Positions 21,168 through 31,506 of a stretch of DNA of 64,000 nucleotides are shown one piece after another; position 1 is the stretch's first letter, and the number at the start of each line of letters is the position of its first letter. The stretch spans positions 399,679 to 463,678 of the forward strand of contig JBEKQZ010000001.1 of assembly GCA_049519175.1 (NCBI GenBank), written 5' to 3'. A model generated the notes under the pieces. The model had not been told where the DNA came from, did no database searches, and was given only the letters and a program-made list of their open reading frames with translations. This DNA is from Candidatus Levyibacteriota bacterium. Its GTDB lineage: Bacteria > Patescibacteriota > Microgenomatia > Levybacterales > UBA12049. The position numbers were made by a program, and so were the translations under genes.

Positions 21168-22098
21168 AACCATCTCTACTCTTAAATTCCTGGTCGGCTG
21201 GCCGCTGGCGCTTTTGGCCATATTTTTTTTGATTAGACTTTTTCTGCCGCAATTTACCTCAATTCAAACTCGAATGGTCAATGTTAATTTATTTTTGATA
21301 GTCCTCTCAATAATATTTTTTGTAATCTATTATTTTTTACGCTGTTATTTGTGGCAAAAGATTTTAGAATTCAAAGGATATAAACTGCCGCTGATGAAAA
21401 CCGCATACCTTTGGGAGTTTTCCGAATTTAAACGTTATGTTCCCGGAAACGTGTGGTCTTTTTTAAGCCGGGTGTCGCTATTTGAAAATGCGGGCGTCGA
21501 AAAAAAGGTTTCCGGTCTGGCGCTTTTGGACGAAATACAACTGATTATTATTTCTTGCACTTTAATTTCGATTTTTTGCTTACCGCTAATTTTAAGCTCT
21601 GGTGAACCGGTACAGCTACTTAAGGAAATGCAAATTATTATCTTGGGATCATTAATTGCAATCATCGCTTACTCAATTACGGTCGCTTATATTTTTAAGA
21701 AACGGGGAAATAGTAATTTAGCCGCTAATCTTTTCTTGCCGGGCTATTTATGGAAACAAAAACTCATTTTAACCTTAATTGCGGTTGTCACTTTTTTTAT
21801 TTTTGGCCTTGCTACATTGATAGCTTGTCTTGCAGTGTTTAGTTTCGACGTGAGATTATATTTCGAACTGTCGGCTTTTTTTACTTTTGCGCTTTTGGCC
21901 GGTTATCTATCGTTTATTACACCGATGGGTTTGGGAGTGCGCGAAGGAGTCATTGCACTTGGCCTTAGCAAGCTTACTGCAATTGCGAATTCGGGATTCT
22001 TAAGCATTTTCTCAAGAGTAATTTTAATAATTTCCGAAGTAATTTTTATCTGTATCGTTTTTACATTTGAAATTTTAAGCAAAATTAAAAACAAATGA
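21160..22098 (+). CDS. Lysylphosphatidylglycerol-synthase-like TM (flippase-like) protein
   Basis: Multiple TMs; RYVPG and TPMGLGVREG motifs. Confidence 0.8.
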   Translation: MNKTISTLKFLVGWPLALLAIFFLIRLFLPQFTSIQTRMVNVNLFLIVLSIIFFVIYYFLRCYLWQKILEFKGYKLPLMKTAYLWEFSEFKRYVPGNVWSFLSRVSLFENAGVEKKVSGLALLDEIQLIIISCTLISIFCLPLILSSGEPVQLLKEMQIIILGSLIAIIAYSITVAYIFKKRGNSNLAANLFLPGYLWKQKLILTLIAVVTFFIFGLATLIACLAVFSFDVRLYFELSAFFTFALLAGYLSFITPMGLGVREGVIALGLSKLTAIANSGFLSIFSRVILIISEVIFICIVFTFEILSKIKNK

Positions 22099-24503
22099 TG
22101 AATTTCATTAAAAAACACAAATACGGAATAGCATTGATAATTTTGGTTATTTTTTATATTGTTTATTTTACAATTGCTAGTTTTTTGCGCTATAGCAATT
22201 TTTATACCGGCCGGTTTGACTTGGGAAACATGGACCAGACCGTTTGGAACACAATTCACGGCCGAATTTTTCAGATTACGGACCCCAATGGAACAGCCAC
22301 TATTTCGAGATTAGCTTTTCATGCCGATTTTATTTTAATTTTGATTTCTCCCCTCTATTTAATCTGGTCCAATCCCCAAATGCTACTTCTTTTACAGTCG
22401 GTTGTTTTAGGACTAGGGGCAGTCTTTGTCTATTTAATTGCCGACAGTCTTTTGCGCAATAAAAATTTGGCTTTAGCTTTTTCAGTAGTTTATCTACTTA
22501 ATCCGGCGCTGCAATTTTCCAACCTCTTTGATTTTCACGCGGTAGTTTTGGGGACGGCACTTCTTCTGGCAACATTTTATTTTTATCTTAAGCGGAAATA
22601 TTTATTTTTCCTCATCTTTGCCGCGCTGGCAGGACTAACTAAAGAAGAAGTGTGGGCGGTTATCGCGCTATTCGGGCTGGCGATTAGCGCTCGTGTAGTA
22701 TTGGAAAATCGATTAAGTTTTAAACTTGTCAGAAAACAGGTTTATGAGATTATTTTCGGTTTTTTCATCTTCTTAGTATCGGCTTTTACATGCTACCTTT
22801 TGATTTGGATGATTATTCCTTTGGTAAAAGGCGGGGAGCATTTCGCTTTAGCTTACTACTCCGATTTTGGGGGAAGCGCTTCGGACATTTCCAAAAATAT
22901 AATACTGATGCCTTTAAAAACTATTTCTATTATCTTACAACCACAGAAAATTCAATACTTATTTATACTCCTAATACCTTTCGGCCTAACATCGTTGCTT
23001 TCACCATTTTATTTAATTTTAGCTCTTCCCGATTTAGTAATTAATCTTTTAAGCAGCAATGCACAGATGCATGAAATTTATTATCAGTACACGGCCACAA
23101 TCACTCCGTTCTTGGTAGTTTCCGCTATTTACGCCGTTGGATTTTTAAAAAAGCGCTTTCCAAAAATTAATATCCGCATTATCATTATTTATCTTCTTGG
23201 GGCAACTTTTATTTCCGCTTATTTTTACGGACCTCTGCCCGGCGCTATCCACGCCAATATTGCAATGTTTAATCATCAACTGGCAAACAGAAAAAGTATT
23301 GACGATTTTCTCGCAAACATTCCTACACGTTATAGCATTGCCGCCAGCAACAACCTCGGTTCGCATTTGTCGCACCGGAGAAATATCTATACCATTCCGG
23401 TGGGCATTGGACAAGCCGATGTGATTTTGTTTTTGTTAAACGACCAATTTGCTCAACCGTCTCTACAAGCCCAAAAAAACATGGTAAAGGAAATGTCCAA
23501 CGACAAAAAGTATATCCAGGTATACAAAAGCGGGGATTTCGTCGCTTTTGAAAAAAGAAATCTCTATACTAAAGCTAGCCCAAAACCGAAGAAAGGACTG
23601 GTTTCGCTTTTCCCTTACTCGATAACCGCTTTATCGAACCGCAGCTATCAAAAAAGTGATATCACCGTTGAAAGTAACGTGCCGGAAAATGGCAATTTTA
23701 CGAGCTATATTATTTCTTTTACCGCCGATGGCTTAAAGGAATATGCCCTGATGAATATTCCAAATTCTCCGGTGCCGTCCGGCGGATTTCCGGTTGTAGT
23801 TGTTGACCATGGCTATATTCAACCTAACCAATATAGTACTACCGATTCTTATAAATCCGAAACCGATTATTTTGCCAATCAGGGTTTTCTAGTTTTAAAA
23901 CCCGATTACCGGGGCAACGGCAATTCGGAAGTTACCGATGCCCCGTTAATGCGTTTTGCTTATCCGGTTGACGTTTTGACACTTCTTTCGTCGCTTGGCA
24001 ACATTCCGCAAGCTAATCTGCATCAGGTTTTCCTCTGGTCGCATTCGATGGGCGGTGAAGTTACGCTGGAAGTTCTAGAAGCAATTAAAAATAAGCCTTC
24101 GCTAACTTCCGACATCAAAGGCGCAGTATTTTGGGCACCGGTAACTGACGCCGTCAAATGGTTTTCCACCAATAACTTACCGAAACTTCCCGAGGCAAAA
24201 ATCACGCCCTATCCTTACACGCAGACCTTTCAAATTCTAGGCACTCCGGAAAGCAATCCTCAGCTTTGGCAATCACTTTCACCTTTAAACTACTTAAAAA
24301 ATATCAACGTTCCGATTCTATTGCAGCACGGAACAGGGGATACCACCGTACCATACAGCTGGTCGGTTGAGCTAAATAGTGATTTGGTAAAGTTAAACAA
24401 AAAAGTTCAATTTATTTCTTACCCGAATGACACTCACAATTTACCGCTCAATTGGTCTGCAGCAATTTCCAAAGACGCCAGTTTTTTTAAATCACTTCTG
24501 TAA
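22095..24503 (+). CDS. DUF2079 membrane glycosyltransferase-like domain fused to an alpha/beta hydrolase (S9-like)
   Basis: FDLGNMDQ, FDFH, KEE, YQY (DUF2079); C-terminal HG, PDYRG, SHSMGG, HGTGDTTVP, DTH. Confidence 0.8.
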   Translation: MMNFIKKHKYGIALIILVIFYIVYFTIASFLRYSNFYTGRFDLGNMDQTVWNTIHGRIFQITDPNGTATISRLAFHADFILILISPLYLIWSNPQMLLLLQSVVLGLGAVFVYLIADSLLRNKNLALAFSVVYLLNPALQFSNLFDFHAVVLGTALLLATFYFYLKRKYLFFLIFAALAGLTKEEVWAVIALFGLAISARVVLENRLSFKLVRKQVYEIIFGFFIFLVSAFTCYLLIWMIIPLVKGGEHFALAYYSDFGGSASDISKNIILMPLKTISIILQPQKIQYLFILLIPFGLTSLLSPFYLILALPDLVINLLSSNAQMHEIYYQYTATITPFLVVSAIYAVGFLKKRFPKINIRIIIIYLLGATFISAYFYGPLPGAIHANIAMFNHQLANRKSIDDFLANIPTRYSIAASNNLGSHLSHRRNIYTIPVGIGQADVILFLLNDQFAQPSLQAQKNMVKEMSNDKKYIQVYKSGDFVAFEKRNLYTKASPKPKKGLVSLFPYSITALSNRSYQKSDITVESNVPENGNFTSYIISFTADGLKEYALMNIPNSPVPSGGFPVVVVDHGYIQPNQYSTTDSYKSETDYFANQGFLVLKPDYRGNGNSEVTDAPLMRFAYPVDVLTLLSSLGNIPQANLHQVFLWSHSMGGEVTLEVLEAIKNKPSLTSDIKGAVFWAPVTDAVKWFSTNNLPKLPEAKITPYPYTQTFQILGTPESNPQLWQSLSPLNYLKNINVPILLQHGTGDTTVPYSWSVELNSDLVKLNKKVQFISYPNDTHNLPLNWSAAISKDASFFKSLL

Positions 24504-24544
24504 ATGTATTTGCAAAAAATAATGACAAGTTTTACGATTAGCTT

Positions 24545-25348
24545 ATGACGACAATTGTCAAAGCCTCCGGTTTAAAAGAGCAATTTGATGAAGAAAAATT
24601 ACGGGCTTCCGTAAAAAGAGCCGGACTTCCTACTGGCATCGAAAATAAAGTCGTTGAGCATGTTCAATCTAAATTATATGAAAACATTCCTTCCCAAGAA
24701 GTTTATCGACACGTTAACGAATTTTTGCAGCAAGAGCCGCATCCCAATGCCGTTAAATACAAATTAAAACAGGCGCTGATGGAGCTGGGCCCAACCGGCT
24801 ATCCGTTTGAAGATTTTGTTTCCGAAATACTAAAAGCCGGAGGATATTCGACCCAGACCCGCACCATTCTGACGGGCAAGTGCGTTAGTCATGAAATTGA
24901 TGTGATTGCCCAAAAAGAAAATGAGAAATTGATGGTTGAAGCAAAATATCATAATGCGCCCGGGATTCATACCGACGTCCACGTTTCGCTTTACACCAAA
25001 GCCAGATTTGACGACTTAAAGGATAAATATCAATTCACCCAACCCTGGCTTTTTACCAACACCAAAATTACGCCCGACGCACTTACTTACGCGCTTTGTG
25101 TTGGCATGGGCGTAACCGGCTGGAATTATCCCGCGGAAGAAGGATTAAGAAATTTAATTGAGAAATACAAACTTTACCCGGTAACAATTTTGTCTTCGCT
25201 TTCCGGCAACCAAAAACAGCTGCTTCTGGAAAATCACTTTGTTTCCATCGGAGATATTTTGCAAAACCAGAGTTGTCTTGACTTACTAGAAATTCAAAAT
25301 GACAAAAAGGAATTAATAATCAAAGAGGTTATGTCAATTTCGGGTTAA
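24545..25348 (+). CDS. ATP-cone domain plus Mrr-like restriction endonuclease domain protein
   Basis: N-terminal IVKASG..E.FDEEKL; LGPTGYPFE; HEIDV...VEAKYH (PD-(D/E)xK). Confidence 0.85.
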   Translation: MTTIVKASGLKEQFDEEKLRASVKRAGLPTGIENKVVEHVQSKLYENIPSQEVYRHVNEFLQQEPHPNAVKYKLKQALMELGPTGYPFEDFVSEILKAGGYSTQTRTILTGKCVSHEIDVIAQKENEKLMVEAKYHNAPGIHTDVHVSLYTKARFDDLKDKYQFTQPWLFTNTKITPDALTYALCVGMGVTGWNYPAEEGLRNLIEKYKLYPVTILSSLSGNQKQLLLENHFVSIGDILQNQSCLDLLEIQNDKKELIIKEVMSISG

Positions 25349-26591
25349 AGTCTGCGGCCAGTTTCTGCCGTTCGTATCTATCCGCCATGAAACCGTTGGG
25401 AACCGTTGTTAATTTGTCCGCGTGCAACAAAAAACCTTTTCTAATCGTATGGTCACCAAATTTTTCGTTGATCTTATCCACCGTTTTAACAATTTGGTCT
25501 TTCTTGACATCGAAATTAAACAAAGACTGTTCTAAATTGGCAACTTCCTGCAAATTACCTACCCAAACACTAATTCTTCGCACATAATCATTTCTTCCAA
25601 AATAAAATCCATTTTCCGCCAAGATTTTTTGGCAAAGCTCAAACATTTCCTGCCCGCTGTCAAAATATTGTTTGATTGATTTGCGGCCGTGCACATTTTT
25701 GCTCCCGCCCAAATAGATTCCGGCAGTTTTGGCCTTTTTACCTAATTTCCGCAGCTTGAGAACGACTTCTTCACACAGCTCATAAACATTTTGCATTGCC
25801 AATCTTTGATCATATTGATTTTGCGGCAAACAATAATTCCGGCCGATTGATTTTGTTTCCGCTGGAAAATAGTAGGGAATAACTGCAGAATCATCTTCAC
25901 CGTCACCAAGCTGTTTTAAAAAATGTCCTTCAACCTGTTTAAATTCTTTCAGAAGAACTTCAAGCGGCGTATTATGAAGCTCTAGTGGAGTATAAATTTT
26001 TAGGCGATTGAGTCTTTCTTCAATTCTTCTCCCAATTCCACAAAAACCACTAAGCTGAACTTTGGCGTAAACTTCTAAAAGATTTTCCGGCGTTATCTCG
26101 ACTTGTCCGTTTGGCTTTTTAAGCCCAGATGCCAACTTTGCCAATAATTTATTATAAGAAATTCCGACTGAAACCGTAATGTATTCACCAATTTCGGTTT
26201 TGATGCGTTGCTTGATTTTCTCAATTAATTGATGTTTTCCGCCGAACAGACTTTGGGTTGAAGTAATATCCATAAAAACCTCATCCAAGGAAAAAAGCTC
26301 AACGAATGGTGAAAAATCTTTACAAATATCCAAAAACTTCTGCGTGATTTCCCAATATCTTTCAAAATGCGCCGGGACAAAAATCATATTGGGAATTTTT
26401 TGCAATGCCTCGAAGGTCCGACTGGGGGATTTAACGCCCATTTTTTTCGCTTGCCGGCTAGCGGCAATGATACAGGTCCGGCCATTTTGCGCCGTTACGC
26501 CAATCGGTTTCCCACGCAGTTTTGGATTAAACTGTTGTTCGCAGGAAGCAAAATAAGAATCGAAATCAATGTGCAGAATCACTTTTTGCAT
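25329..26591 (-). CDS. dinB: Y-family DNA polymerase IV
   Basis: HIDFDSYFASCEQ, SLDEVFMD, NKLLAKLAS..KPNG. Confidence 0.93.
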   Translation of the reverse strand: MQKVILHIDFDSYFASCEQQFNPKLRGKPIGVTAQNGRTCIIAASRQAKKMGVKSPSRTFEALQKIPNMIFVPAHFERYWEITQKFLDICKDFSPFVELFSLDEVFMDITSTQSLFGGKHQLIEKIKQRIKTEIGEYITVSVGISYNKLLAKLASGLKKPNGQVEITPENLLEVYAKVQLSGFCGIGRRIEERLNRLKIYTPLELHNTPLEVLLKEFKQVEGHFLKQLGDGEDDSAVIPYYFPAETKSIGRNYCLPQNQYDQRLAMQNVYELCEEVVLKLRKLGKKAKTAGIYLGGSKNVHGRKSIKQYFDSGQEMFELCQKILAENGFYFGRNDYVRRISVWVGNLQEVANLEQSLFNFDVKKDQIVKTVDKINEKFGDHTIRKGFLLHADKLTTVPNGFMADRYERQKLAADFNPKLT

Positions 26592-26662
26592 AACTATAAC
26601 AAGAGCCAGTAAAGATAAATTCTAAGGATTTTCTTGAAGATTATTAAGGACAGCATATAACC

Positions 26663-26697
26663 AGTTTATGAGAATTTTATACGAATATCAATAGAAC
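26663..26697 (-). promoter_or_regulatory. dinB promoter overlapped by a triple direct repeat (candidate LexA operator)
   Basis: TTGATA-N17-TAAACT with GTTC-N7-ATTC-N7-ATTC across it. Confidence 0.6.
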
Positions 26698-26728
26698 AAA
26701 ATAAGACAATCGCAGTCAGTTCTTAATC

Positions 26729-27682
26729 CTAAAGCCCGTAGGCGGAAAGTGGGGCGTTGCCGATTCTGGTGCGGTGCAAAGTCATCACGAAACTATCACA
26801 CTGATATTGTCCCGGAATTTCGGTAAACGCACCATCATAACCTTTCCGTTGCAAAGTTTGAATGGCGTTATTATTAAACTCGCCGTATGGATAAGTAAAA
26901 ACTGTTACGGTTTGTCCAGTATGATCCTGGATTTGTTGTTGTGCAATATCGATTTCCGATTCAATTTTATCTTGCGGGCCGTTGGTAATCGCATAATGCG
27001 ACCAGGTGTGATTGGTAAAGTAAATTAATCCGCTGCTTTTTAATTGATCGACTTGGTCCCAAGTTAGCATGTCAGGATTTCCGCCCACCAAACCCGTCGC
27101 CAACATCAAATTCGCCTTGATACCGTATTTTTGCAAAATTGGCAACGCGTAAGTGGCATTATCGGCATAACCATCATCCATTGTTACCATCACCGGTTTT
27201 CCGGGTAGCTGTGAGTGCGTCAAAAGCGCGTTAATTAGTTCATTTGCCCAAACCGGCGTATAGCCATTGGCCACAAGATAAGCCATTTGCTGGTCGAAAA
27301 CACCGTTGTCAACCGATAATGAAGTCTGCCCAAGAGATTGAGCTACCGACTCCGGTTGAATATGGTGATACATTAGAACCGGCACGTGCAAACAGAAACC
27401 GGTTAAAGGCACAGGCGTCGGCGTTATAGTAGTTGTCGGGTATGGAGTAACTAGGGGCGTATAACGAAGCGGCGTAGAATAATCTTTTGTTTTTAAGGAA
27501 ATGTTAGCGGCCGCTTTGTAAGCAGGGAGTTTATTTTGACCGCTTACTATTGAAAATAAACCGCAGAAAAATAAAACCAATAGTCCCAGAAAAATAAATT
27601 TAAACCACGAATTATGTTGTTGCCGACGAGCTCTTTTTAATTTTCGCAGACCTCTAACTTTATGTTTTCGCTTAACCGGCAT
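26729..27682 (-). CDS. Membrane-anchored polysaccharide deacetylase (CE4)
   Basis: PVLMYH, TMDDG, NHTWSH, YPYG. Confidence 0.92.
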   Translation of the reverse strand: MPVKRKHKVRGLRKLKRARRQQHNSWFKFIFLGLLVLFFCGLFSIVSGQNKLPAYKAAANISLKTKDYSTPLRYTPLVTPYPTTTITPTPVPLTGFCLHVPVLMYHHIQPESVAQSLGQTSLSVDNGVFDQQMAYLVANGYTPVWANELINALLTHSQLPGKPVMVTMDDGYADNATYALPILQKYGIKANLMLATGLVGGNPDMLTWDQVDQLKSSGLIYFTNHTWSHYAITNGPQDKIESEIDIAQQQIQDHTGQTVTVFTYPYGEFNNNAIQTLQRKGYDGAFTEIPGQYQCDSFVMTLHRTRIGNAPLSAYGL

Positions 27683-27766
27683 TAACAAATTATAACACCA
27701 AAGACGCGCTGGCTTCAAACCTGTGGTATAATAAAAGTACAGCTCCTCAAAAAGCTGTTTTTTATT

Positions 27767-29602
27767 ATGAACCTGGACGAGTTTACATCAGACAAAATCA
27801 GAAATGTGGCGGTTATCGCCCACGTTGACCATGGCAAAACCACTTTGGTGGATTTTATGCTAAAGCAATCACATACTTTCCGTGCAAACGAAGCCGAAAT
27901 GCAGCAAACTACTATTCTAGATTCCAATCCTTTAGAAAGAGAACGGGGAATTACAATTTTGGCCAAAAACACCGCCATCTATTATAAAGGTTACAAAATT
28001 AATATCATTGATACTCCCGGTCACGCCGATTTTTCCGGCGAAGTCGAAAGAACTTTAAATATGGCAGACGGCGCACTGTTGATTATTGACGCGCAGGAAG
28101 GTCCGATGCCACAAACTAAGTTCGTTTTGAAAAAAGCTTTGGAGTTGGGATTAAAAATCATTGTCGTTATTAATAAACTTGACAAACAATTGGCTAATGT
28201 ACAAAAAACCGTTGACGAAACCAACGATTTATTTTTAGAACTGGCAACCGACACTAAGCATTTGGAATTTCCCATTTTTTACGCCATCGGACGGGAAGGT
28301 AAAGCCGCCGCCTCACTTGAGGAATTGAAAACTAGCGAGAATTTGGAGCCGATTTTAAACGAAATCATTGAATTTATTCCTAGTCCCAAAGTCGGAGAAG
28401 GTAAGTTTCAAATGCTAGTTTCCAATTTGGATTACGACGTCCATAAAGGCAAACACGCCATCGGCCGAATCCACAGAGGGGGTTTGAAAAAAGGGCAAAG
28501 CTTAGTTGTTATCAACGCCGCAGGGAAAATTTTTCCGGGCAAAGCGGAAAGCATCCGCTTAAGCCACGGTCTAAAAAAAATTGAAGTTGATCAAGCTTTT
28601 GCCGGAGACATTGTTGATATCACTGGTTTTCCGACCGTCACAATTGGCGACACTATTGCCGATTTTTCCGACCCGCAAGCGCTGCCGCGCATTTATTTGG
28701 AAGAACCAACTATTAAAATTGCAATTTCCGCTAACACTTCGCCGTTTGCCGGACGGGAAGGAAAATTTACCAACTCCAGGCAAATTTTGGAAAGATTGGT
28801 AAAAGAGCTGGAAACAAATATCAGCCTGCGTTTGGAAAAAGAGGGCGATAAAATGATTGTTTCGGGACGCGGTGAATTGCACTTGGCAATTTTAATTGAA
28901 ACGCTGCGGCGCGAAGGATACGAATTTCAGGTTGAAAAACCGCAAGTAATTACTAAAGTTGTTAACAGTGTTGTAATGGAACCGGTGGAAATTGCGATGA
29001 TTGATGTTCCCGACCAATTTTTGGGTATTATTACCGCCGAAATGGGCACCCGCAAAGGACAAATGATTAATATGCTCTCCGACGGCAAAGGCAATACTAA
29101 ATTTGAATATAAAATACCGTCCAAAAATTTATTTGGCATCAGAAACGATTTGCTCACCAATACCAAAGGCACCGCGGTTGTCAATATGTTGTTTTTAGAT
29201 TACGAACCGATGTCTCCGGCAGTTTCGCAAATTCGAAACGGTGTTTTGATTGCTTCGGAAAGCGGCAACGCTTTAAAATACGGTTTGAACAACGCGCAGG
29301 GTAGAGGAATTACTTTTATCGAGCCGGGCATGCCGGTTTATGAAGGAATGATTATCGGTGAAAACACTCGGCAGGACGACATTGAAATTAACGTTACTAA
29401 AGAGAAAAAACAAACCAACATGCGTGCTTCTACCGCCGACGTAAGCTTGGGCGCCTTAACTCCGGCGGTAGTGATGAGTCTTGAAGAATGCATTGACTTT
29501 TTGGAAGACGACGAACTTTTGGAAGTAACTCCAAAAAATTTAAGACTACGCAAAAAATTTCTTACTAATCTTGAAAGAGTCAGGCAAAGAAGAGCTAATT
29601 AG
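27767..29602 (+). CDS. typA: Translational GTPase TypA/BipA
   Basis: AHVDHGKTT, RGITILAK, DTPGH, GRGELHL, ELLEVTP. Confidence 0.98.
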   Translation: MNLDEFTSDKIRNVAVIAHVDHGKTTLVDFMLKQSHTFRANEAEMQQTTILDSNPLERERGITILAKNTAIYYKGYKINIIDTPGHADFSGEVERTLNMADGALLIIDAQEGPMPQTKFVLKKALELGLKIIVVINKLDKQLANVQKTVDETNDLFLELATDTKHLEFPIFYAIGREGKAAASLEELKTSENLEPILNEIIEFIPSPKVGEGKFQMLVSNLDYDVHKGKHAIGRIHRGGLKKGQSLVVINAAGKIFPGKAESIRLSHGLKKIEVDQAFAGDIVDITGFPTVTIGDTIADFSDPQALPRIYLEEPTIKIAISANTSPFAGREGKFTNSRQILERLVKELETNISLRLEKEGDKMIVSGRGELHLAILIETLRREGYEFQVEKPQVITKVVNSVVMEPVEIAMIDVPDQFLGIITAEMGTRKGQMINMLSDGKGNTKFEYKIPSKNLFGIRNDLLTNTKGTAVVNMLFLDYEPMSPAVSQIRNGVLIASESGNALKYGLNNAQGRGITFIEPGMPVYEGMIIGENTRQDDIEINVTKEKKQTNMRASTADVSLGALTPAVVMSLEECIDFLEDDELLEVTPKNLRLRKKFLTNLERVRQRRAN

Positions 29603-29617
29603 TGCTACAATGGTGGC

Positions 29618-30820
29618 ATGAATTTGGCTTTAAAACTAAGACCCAAAAATTTTTCCGAGTTTGTCGGACAAGAACACTTAGCAGGCGAGCAGGCAATTCT
29701 TCGCAGAATAATCAAAGCCCAAGCGCCTTTTTCCTTAATTCTTTGGGGACCACCGGGCAGCGGCAAAACAACACTGGCTTATATCATCGCCAACGAAATT
29801 AATGCCGATTTTCACGCGATGTCGGCGGTTGCAGCAGGCAAAGCCGACCTCAATAAGATAATTGACCAAGCTAAAGAAAATCAAAAGAAAAATATCAAAA
29901 CGATTTTATTTATTGATGAAATTCACCGTTGGAACAAGGCACAGCAAGACGCGCTTTTACCTTATGTTGAGAATGGAACATTGAACTTGATTGGCGCTAC
30001 TACCGAGAATCCTTCGTTTGAAGTTATCTCCGCACTTTTATCCCGCTCCAAAGTACTGGTTTTACAAGCTTTAAGTTTTGAGCAGTTGGAAATAATTTTA
30101 GACCGAGCTTTAAAAGATAAAACTAACGGCTTGGGAAAATTAAACAAGAAAATCGATAAAGTTGCCAAAGAACTTTTAATTCGGCTTTCCGGCGGAGATG
30201 CTCGGATAATGCTCAACGCTTTGGAAATTTCCGCCAATTCTTACCGTAATGAAAAAATAACTCCTGAAATTGTCAAAGAAGTTTTCCAAACCAAATCTGC
30301 CGGACTCTACGACAAAAAAGCCGACGAACACTACAACATTATTTCCGCCTTTATTAAATCTATGCGGGGTAGCGACGTCGACGCCGCTTTATATTATTTG
30401 ACGCGGATGCTGGAAAACGGCGAAGACCCGAAGTTTATTGCCAGAAGAATGATTATTTTTGCCTGCGAAGACATTGGTATGGCAGATAGGGGAGCGTTAA
30501 TTCAAGCCGATGAAGCGTTTGAAGCGGTGAATAAAATCGGCATGCCCGAAGCGCAATTAATTTTGGCCTACGTTGTCATTTATTTAGCTAAAGCGCCCAA
30601 GTCGCGGGCAGTTCCTAACGCCATGGGGAAAGCCAAAGAAACGGTTTATGAATTTCCTAATGAACCGGTGCCATTGCATTTACGCAACGCACCGACCAAA
30701 CTGATGAAAAATTTAGGTTACGCCAAAAATTATCAGTGGAGTGAAAAATATGTCGGTCCTACGGCAAACTTACCGTTTCTGCCCAAAAAATTAGCGGGCC
30801 GCAAATTCTACGAGAAGTAA
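29618..30820 (+). CDS. rarA: Replication-associated recombination protein RarA/MgsA
   Basis: WGPPGSGKT, DEIHR, GATTENP, SAFIKSMRGSD, VPLHLRN. Confidence 0.97.
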   Translation: MNLALKLRPKNFSEFVGQEHLAGEQAILRRIIKAQAPFSLILWGPPGSGKTTLAYIIANEINADFHAMSAVAAGKADLNKIIDQAKENQKKNIKTILFIDEIHRWNKAQQDALLPYVENGTLNLIGATTENPSFEVISALLSRSKVLVLQALSFEQLEIILDRALKDKTNGLGKLNKKIDKVAKELLIRLSGGDARIMLNALEISANSYRNEKITPEIVKEVFQTKSAGLYDKKADEHYNIISAFIKSMRGSDVDAALYYLTRMLENGEDPKFIARRMIIFACEDIGMADRGALIQADEAFEAVNKIGMPEAQLILAYVVIYLAKAPKSRAVPNAMGKAKETVYEFPNEPVPLHLRNAPTKLMKNLGYAKNYQWSEKYVGPTANLPFLPKKLAGRKFYEK

Positions 30821-31003
30821 TTAAGCTTTTACATCTACGTTTGTGCCTTTAGATGGAACTCTTTTTATTCCCTGAACATAATCAGGTAGCTTAGTAAATA
30901 GTTTTCTAGTAAAAGGCACAATCCGAGTGTCAATAACTTCTCCTCGAATAGCGCCACCTGTTTCGGTTTGTTTATTATCTGGGTTTGATAAATCTTCAAG
31001 CAT
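30821..31003 (-). CDS. Small hypothetical protein
   Basis: 60-aa ORF filling the gap; no motif. Confidence 0.35.
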   Translation of the reverse strand: MLEDLSNPDNKQTETGGAIRGEVIDTRIVPFTRKLFTKLPDYVQGIKRVPSKGTNVDVKA

Positions 31004-31078
31004 ATGGGTAGTTTAGCACACGATGTCAGGACTTACTACTTGAAAAGCAAAAATAAGTAGAGTAGTATAAAAAAACAT

Positions 31079-31348
31079 ATGGATAACAAAAAATTATTAA
31101 AAAATATTGGCGATTTAATTGATACAAAGCTAGATAATAAGTTAAAACCAATTAACGAAAAACTTGACACGCTAGACTTAAAAATTGAAGCTGTTAACGC
31201 AAAAGTTGATAAATTAGATAAAAAAATTGATAGATTTCAGGAAGAAACAATTGACACGCTTTCGGAATTGATTACAACGGGATACAATTCGCATGAAAAA
31301 AGAATTAAAAGAATAGAAGACCATCTACAACTTCCCCAAATTCAATAA
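31079..31348 (+). CDS. Small coiled-coil hypothetical protein
   Basis: Heptad-rich; ends HEKRIKRIEDHLQL. Confidence 0.7.
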   Translation: MDNKKLLKNIGDLIDTKLDNKLKPINEKLDTLDLKIEAVNAKVDKLDKKIDRFQEETIDTLSELITTGYNSHEKRIKRIEDHLQLPQIQ

Positions 31349-31406
31349 GTAAACTAAACTTCTAAAGATTTCGTATAAATGGCCACTATGTGAAGGACTC
31401 TCGAAT

Positions 31407-31506
31407 GGTTTGAGTTCGGTGATACATAAATATGTTCCCGGCTAAGTTCTAAAACTTTTTGAGGCTAAGAAGCGATGGGTCACTGGGTGCGGGATTTTCG
31501 AACCGC
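31407..31506 (+). repeat. Degenerate copy of the tRNA-His 3' end plus ~75 bp of flank
   Basis: 31407-31480 aligns with 32329-32403 at roughly 75% identity (hand alignment), followed by a T-arm relic. Confidence 0.8.
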
